DNA of 64,000 nucleotides from Segniliparus rotundus DSM 44985 (GTDB lineage Bacteria; Actinomycetota; Actinomycetes; Mycobacteriales; Mycobacteriaceae): NCBI RefSeq assembly GCF_000092825.1, contig NC_014168.1, positions 485,946 to 549,945 of the forward strand, read 5' to 3'. Shown piece by piece: positions 61,101 to 64,000 of this stretch (position 1 is its first letter; each line of letters starts with the position of its first letter). The notes under the pieces were generated by a model. It saw only the letters and a program-made list of their open reading frames with translations, ran no database searches and was not told where the DNA came from. The position numbers and the translations under genes were made by a program.

Positions 61101-61204
61101 GGCCGAACCAGCATTGCGGCAGCTGTCCGGGGCGGCGGTGCTGCCCGGCCCTGCAAAGCGCGCCGGGGGCTCCGCTCGCCGGCGCGGCGGGCGGGGCGCG
61201 ATGA
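58127..61204 (+). CDS. adnA: AdnA-like helicase-nuclease subunit (UvrD-like ATPase with a C-terminal RecB-type nuclease and Fe-S Cys cluster).
   Basis: ATG at 58127 (MDRMSPRQLFEEP). Walker A GGPGSGKT. C-terminal HCGSCPGRRCCP Cys cluster. Only the part of the 1459-aa track ORF downstream of 58127 is genuine. Confidence 0.8.
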   Translation: MDRMSPRQLFEEPARLFQDLASGRRGPFMVRGGPGSGKTRLVVDLACHWAPQPGTVTVVLTSNRAAADRLRAQIHGRLLRASPQLALAKPLVRTTHSYAFALLEARARASGNPPPRLIPAAEQDATLRELAIDQAARWPEPLRAALGSMEFTAQLRSVFQRAAQHGHGPEGLIALGTARARPEWVAAGRTWREYEQVMTLRGAVGMADPAASPGALDAAELLGAALDAVAEDPDLLLHPLGKPGSRFVVFVDDAQHFDPQAARLSSLAARRADLAVCTVDPDQSVFWFQGAQTGPGLWREAEQLRLGPSQRLSSSVAQLVAAVAPRSAPQVATCRESAGEAQTRLYPTVAAQAEGVVEALCRAHARDQVPWSRMAVLVRSVPVLEPSLARAAALADVPLRLAAMSGPLAANTAVSALLSLLKALARKALEPATALELLVSPIAGASVAQARSLRRLLRAQEPDRPSLDLLAELVLGAREHDVPEPVLRLRRVWRAACEALGAPAPTVETVLWAAWSASGLEERLPEGDFAAVRALFAAARAQRAADAADAAAELARFAERVERERLPVSATLGDGGGSDAVTLLSAHAAAGQEWDVVVVCGVQEGLWPGFSESSSLLGVDELAAALAGTPAEAKLDARKQVLAQERRLLYLACSRAREQLLVTAVEGEGDLVPSRFLAPLAPLALRTQEHGPAERAAAAPPPAPATPWSSAGVVAELRALACGADQHRAQRAAAALAALAQAGVIGAHPKSWHGLAEVSTSEPLAKDGSLTLSPSRVQQLLDCPLRWLFERAMPAAPGEAAAIGTAVHLLASVADRFPEDELQAALDAAARAADERSARPPWAAQRRREQLARLFAAFMAWRNASRGELTQVGVEIPVEMSVSGVTLRGRIDRLERTARGELVIVDLKTAATPRSAASVREDPQLACYQLVVRMARDEPVAGGKLVYLGALRQETGAAEREQPALTEEEAAQWNSTIREAAAAAAGPQFRARPNQHCGSCPGRRCCPALQSAPGAPLAGAAGGAR

Positions 61205-64000
61205 TCGGTCCGAGATTGCTCGCCCAAGCGATCGGCGCGCCTGTGCCGAGCGAGGAGCAAGAGCAGGTGATCGGGGCGCCGCTCGCATCGTCCGCGGTGC
61301 TCGCCGGGGCCGGGTCGGGCAAGACCGAGACCGTCGCGGCCCGGGTGGTGTGGTTGATCGCCAACGGCCTGGTGGAGCCGGAACACGTGCTCGGCCTGAC
61401 CTTCACGAGATCCGCCGCGCGGGGCATGCTCGCCCGGGTCCGCGCGCGGCTCGCGGGCTTCGCGGCTTCGCCGCTCCTGGAGCGCGTCGACCCCACCGGG
61501 CGCCTCGGGGAGCTTTTGGAGAACTCCGAGCCCCAGGTGATGACATATGACGCCTATGCGGGGGAGCTGGTCTCGCGTTGGGGCTTGCTCCTGGGGGCAA
61601 GCGCGACCGAAGCCGCGGCGGGCGGGCGGGTCGTGTTGTCCGAAGCAGGGATGTGGCAGTTGGCGTACGAGACGGTCGCGAACTGGGAGTCGTTGCTCTC
61701 GGTGGACAGGGGCGTCGCAGGCGTCGCGGAGGCGGTCACCGCGTTGGGCAGGCGGATGGCGGAGCAGCTCGCCGCTCCGGACCGGGTCCTCGCCGCCGCC
61801 GAGGAGCTCGCGAGACTGGTGCGGACATTGCCGAAAGGGCCGAGGCAGCGCGCCGAGCCCTCGCTCGAATTGCGCGAAGCCGTGGCCGTGCAGCAGGCTC
61901 GGGCGGAACTGCTGGGCGTGGTCGCGCGGATGCAGGACCGGTTGCGTTCGAGCGGGGCGGTGGACTTCGCGACGCAGACAGCGCGCGCCGCCGAACTCGC
62001 GCAGCGATTCCCCCAGGTCCGCGCCGAGGAGTGCGCGGCGCACCGAGTGGTGCTGCTCGACGAGTACCAGGACACCGGCCATGCCCAACGGATACTGCTG
62101 CGCGCGCTGTTCGGCCCGCCCCGCATCGGCGGGGCAGCGCGGGGCGGCGGGGCGAACGGGGCAGCAGTGACCGCGGTCGGCGACCCGCACCAGGCCATTT
62201 ACGCCTGGCGCGGCGCGTCCTCGGGCAACCTCGCAGCCTTCCAAGCCGACTTCGGAGCACCTGAGGCGCTTACGCTCATGACAAGTTGGCGCAACCCCGC
62301 GTCGGTGCTCGACCTCGCGAACCTCACCGCCGCGCCGCTGCGCCGCGCCGGGATCGCCGTCCCCGAACTCGCCGCCCGCCCCGACGCGCCCGCCGGCGAG
62401 GTGCGGGTGGCGCTGTTCGACGACGCGGCCGCCGAACGGGCCTGGATCGCGGAGCGTCTGCGCCACGCGGCACAGACCTCGCCGACGAGGCCTTCCATGG
62501 CGGTGCTGGTCCGCCGCAACGCCGACGCGGTGCCGGTCGCCGAGGCTCTCACGGCGGCGGGCCTTGAGGCGCAGGTGATCGGGTTGGGCGGGTTGCTCGC
62601 CACCCCGCAGGTCGCCGAACTCGTGGCGATGTTGGAGCTGATCGCCGACCCCGGAGCCTCCGCCGCGGCGTTGCAGGTGCTCACGAGCCCGAGGTGGCGG
62701 ATCGGAGCCCGCGACCTCGCCGCGCTGGCGCAACGGGCGCAGGAGCTAGGACCTGGGCGGGCGCGGCCGCTCGCCCCCCGCGATCCTGCCGAGCTGGTCG
62801 AACAGCTCACCGCCGTGCTCGCCGACGACGGGTCTGAACGTGCCGGGTTGGGCGACGCCCTCGCGGATTTGGGCGACCAAGGGCGGTACTCCGCCGCCGG
62901 ATACGCGCGCCTCGCCCTGCTCGCAGGCGAACTCGACCGCTTGCGCGGACAGCTCGCCCGACCGCTGCCGGAGTTCGTGACCTTGGTGGAGCGCGTGACC
63001 GGGCTTGCCGTCGAAGCGGACGCGCAGGCGAAAGAACGGCTCTCGGCCTTCGCGTCGGTCGTCGCAGAGCACGCCAAAGCCGCCGAGCTGCTCGGCGGCT
63101 CGGCGAGCCTCGCGGGCCTCGTCGGCTATGTGCGCCTCGCCGAGACGGTCGAGCGCGGGCTGCCGGTCGGCGAGGTCGCCCCCGACCCCCGCAAGGTGCA
63201 GGTGTTGACGGTCCACGCGGCCAAAGGCCTGGAATGGGACGTCGTCGCGGTCGCGCACCTCTGCGCAGGAGTGTTCCCGACGGGCCGGGCCCGCTCCACC
63301 TGGATCGGCGCCCTCGCCGAGTTGCCGCCCGAGGACCTCGGCCCGTTGACCTCGTCGCAGGACCGGGCGGAGCTGCAAGAGATGCTGCGCGCGGAGCGCG
63401 AGGCGGCCAAGGAGCTCGCTGGTGAGGAGGAGCGCCGGCTCGCGTATGTGGCGGTGACCCGCGCCAAGCAGACCCTGCTGCTCTCCGGCCATTGGCTGGC
63501 CGAAGGGGCCGAGCGCGCGCTCGGCCCCTCAGCCTTTCTCGTCGAGTGGCGCGACGCCCTCGTCGCCGCAGGCGGCTCGCCCGACATGTGGGCCGAATCG
63601 CCCGCGCTCGACCACATGCGTCCTGCGTCCGGCGAATCAGAAGGCGCGCTGTGGCCGCCGGACCCCCTCCTCGGTCGTCGAGCCCAGACGCAACGGGGCG
63701 CGGAGCGTGTGCGGGCGGCGTTGGCGGACGCCGTCCCGCTTCCGCGACCAGAAGGCCCCGACGCCGAGCTGTATGAGGCCGCCGCCGCGCTTGTCGCCGA
63801 ACGCGCCGCCGCGGCAGAGGCGCGATCAGTCGAGCGGGCCGGGCTCACCGTCAGCGATGTCGTCGGCATCGCTGTCGATCCCGCCGGGTTCGAGCGCGAG
63901 CGCGCCCGGCGCGGTCCCCGCCCGCCTGCGCCCGAGGCGCAGGCGGGGATCGGCTTCCACGAATGGGTGCGCCGCTGGTACCTCTCCGAGGAGCTTGTCG
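61201..64000 (+). CDS. adnB: AdnB-like UvrD/PcrA-family helicase-nuclease subunit; the gene continues beyond the window end.
   Basis: Manual translation from the ATG overlapping the adnA stop gives MIGPRLLAQAIGAPVPSEEQEQVIGAPLASSAVLAGAGSGKTETVAARVVWLIANG..., followed by LLDEYQDTGHAQ and YAWRGAS helicase motifs. It is not in the ORF track because no stop falls inside the window. Confidence 0.75.
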   Translation, partial: MIGPRLLAQAIGAPVPSEEQEQVIGAPLASSAVLAGAGSGKTETVAARVVWLIANGLVEPEHVLGLTFTRSAARGMLARVRARLAGFAASPLLERVDPTGRLGELLENSEPQVMTYDAYAGELVSRWGLLLGASATEAAAGGRVVLSEAGMWQLAYETVANWESLLSVDRGVAGVAEAVTALGRRMAEQLAAPDRVLAAAEELARLVRTLPKGPRQRAEPSLELREAVAVQQARAELLGVVARMQDRLRSSGAVDFATQTARAAELAQRFPQVRAEECAAHRVVLLDEYQDTGHAQRILLRALFGPPRIGGAARGGGANGAAVTAVGDPHQAIYAWRGASSGNLAAFQADFGAPEALTLMTSWRNPASVLDLANLTAAPLRRAGIAVPELAARPDAPAGEVRVALFDDAAAERAWIAERLRHAAQTSPTRPSMAVLVRRNADAVPVAEALTAAGLEAQVIGLGGLLATPQVAELVAMLELIADPGASAAALQVLTSPRWRIGARDLAALAQRAQELGPGRARPLAPRDPAELVEQLTAVLADDGSERAGLGDALADLGDQGRYSAAGYARLALLAGELDRLRGQLARPLPEFVTLVERVTGLAVEADAQAKERLSAFASVVAEHAKAAELLGGSASLAGLVGYVRLAETVERGLPVGEVAPDPRKVQVLTVHAAKGLEWDVVAVAHLCAGVFPTGRARSTWIGALAELPPEDLGPLTSSQDRAELQEMLRAEREAAKELAGEEERRLAYVAVTRAKQTLLLSGHWLAEGAERALGPSAFLVEWRDALVAAGGSPDMWAESPALDHMRPASGESEGALWPPDPLLGRRAQTQRGAERVRAALADAVPLPRPEGPDAELYEAAAALVAERAAAAEARSVERAGLTVSDVVGIAVDPAGFERERARRGPRPPAPEAQAGIGFHEWVRRWYLSEELV

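Overview
This 64 kb window is a high-GC (about 70%) actinobacterial chromosomal segment with the gene content of Corynebacteriales/Pseudonocardiales-type genomes. I could support about 60 protein genes, one tRNA-Ser, one decayed IS21-family element and several repeats. Most of the window is core housekeeping, in blocks whose local synteny matches Mycobacterium tuberculosis (by memory of gene order) but which are shuffled relative to each other: moeA-galU next to a divergent 5-formyl-THF cycloligase; rplY-pth; accE5-maf-sseA-accA3 with accD5 absent; panB and a TAP-like exported hydrolase followed by glnA2; tadA, its associated protein and tyrA next to tRNA-Ser; rpsL-rpsG-fusA-tuf; an efeUOB iron-uptake operon; and adnA-adnB at the window end. 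Accessory and unusual content sits in short AT-rich patches. (1) A three-gene isoprenoid island (a polyprenyl-synthase-fold protein with a degenerate second Asp-rich motif, a UbiA-family membrane prenyltransferase or cyclase with a degenerate first Asp motif, and a type-1 IPP isomerase) is inserted between the TAP-like hydrolase and glnA2 behind a near-consensus promoter. I regard this as the best candidate for an undescribed biosynthetic system. (2) A CmaA/MmaA-like mycolic-acid methyltransferase-family gene lies right after the tuf terminator. (3) A decayed IS21-family element carries a Tat-secreted isochorismatase-like passenger and is followed by an MFS transporter and a serpin-like lipoprotein. 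(4) Three tandem diverged condensation-domain (PapA-like) acyltransferase paralogs are divergently arranged with adnAB. (5) An 86-bp tandem duplication at the tadA start creates a coupled upstream ORF. Many long ORFs in the supplied track are antisense or wrong-frame artefacts of the high GC content and were rejected.
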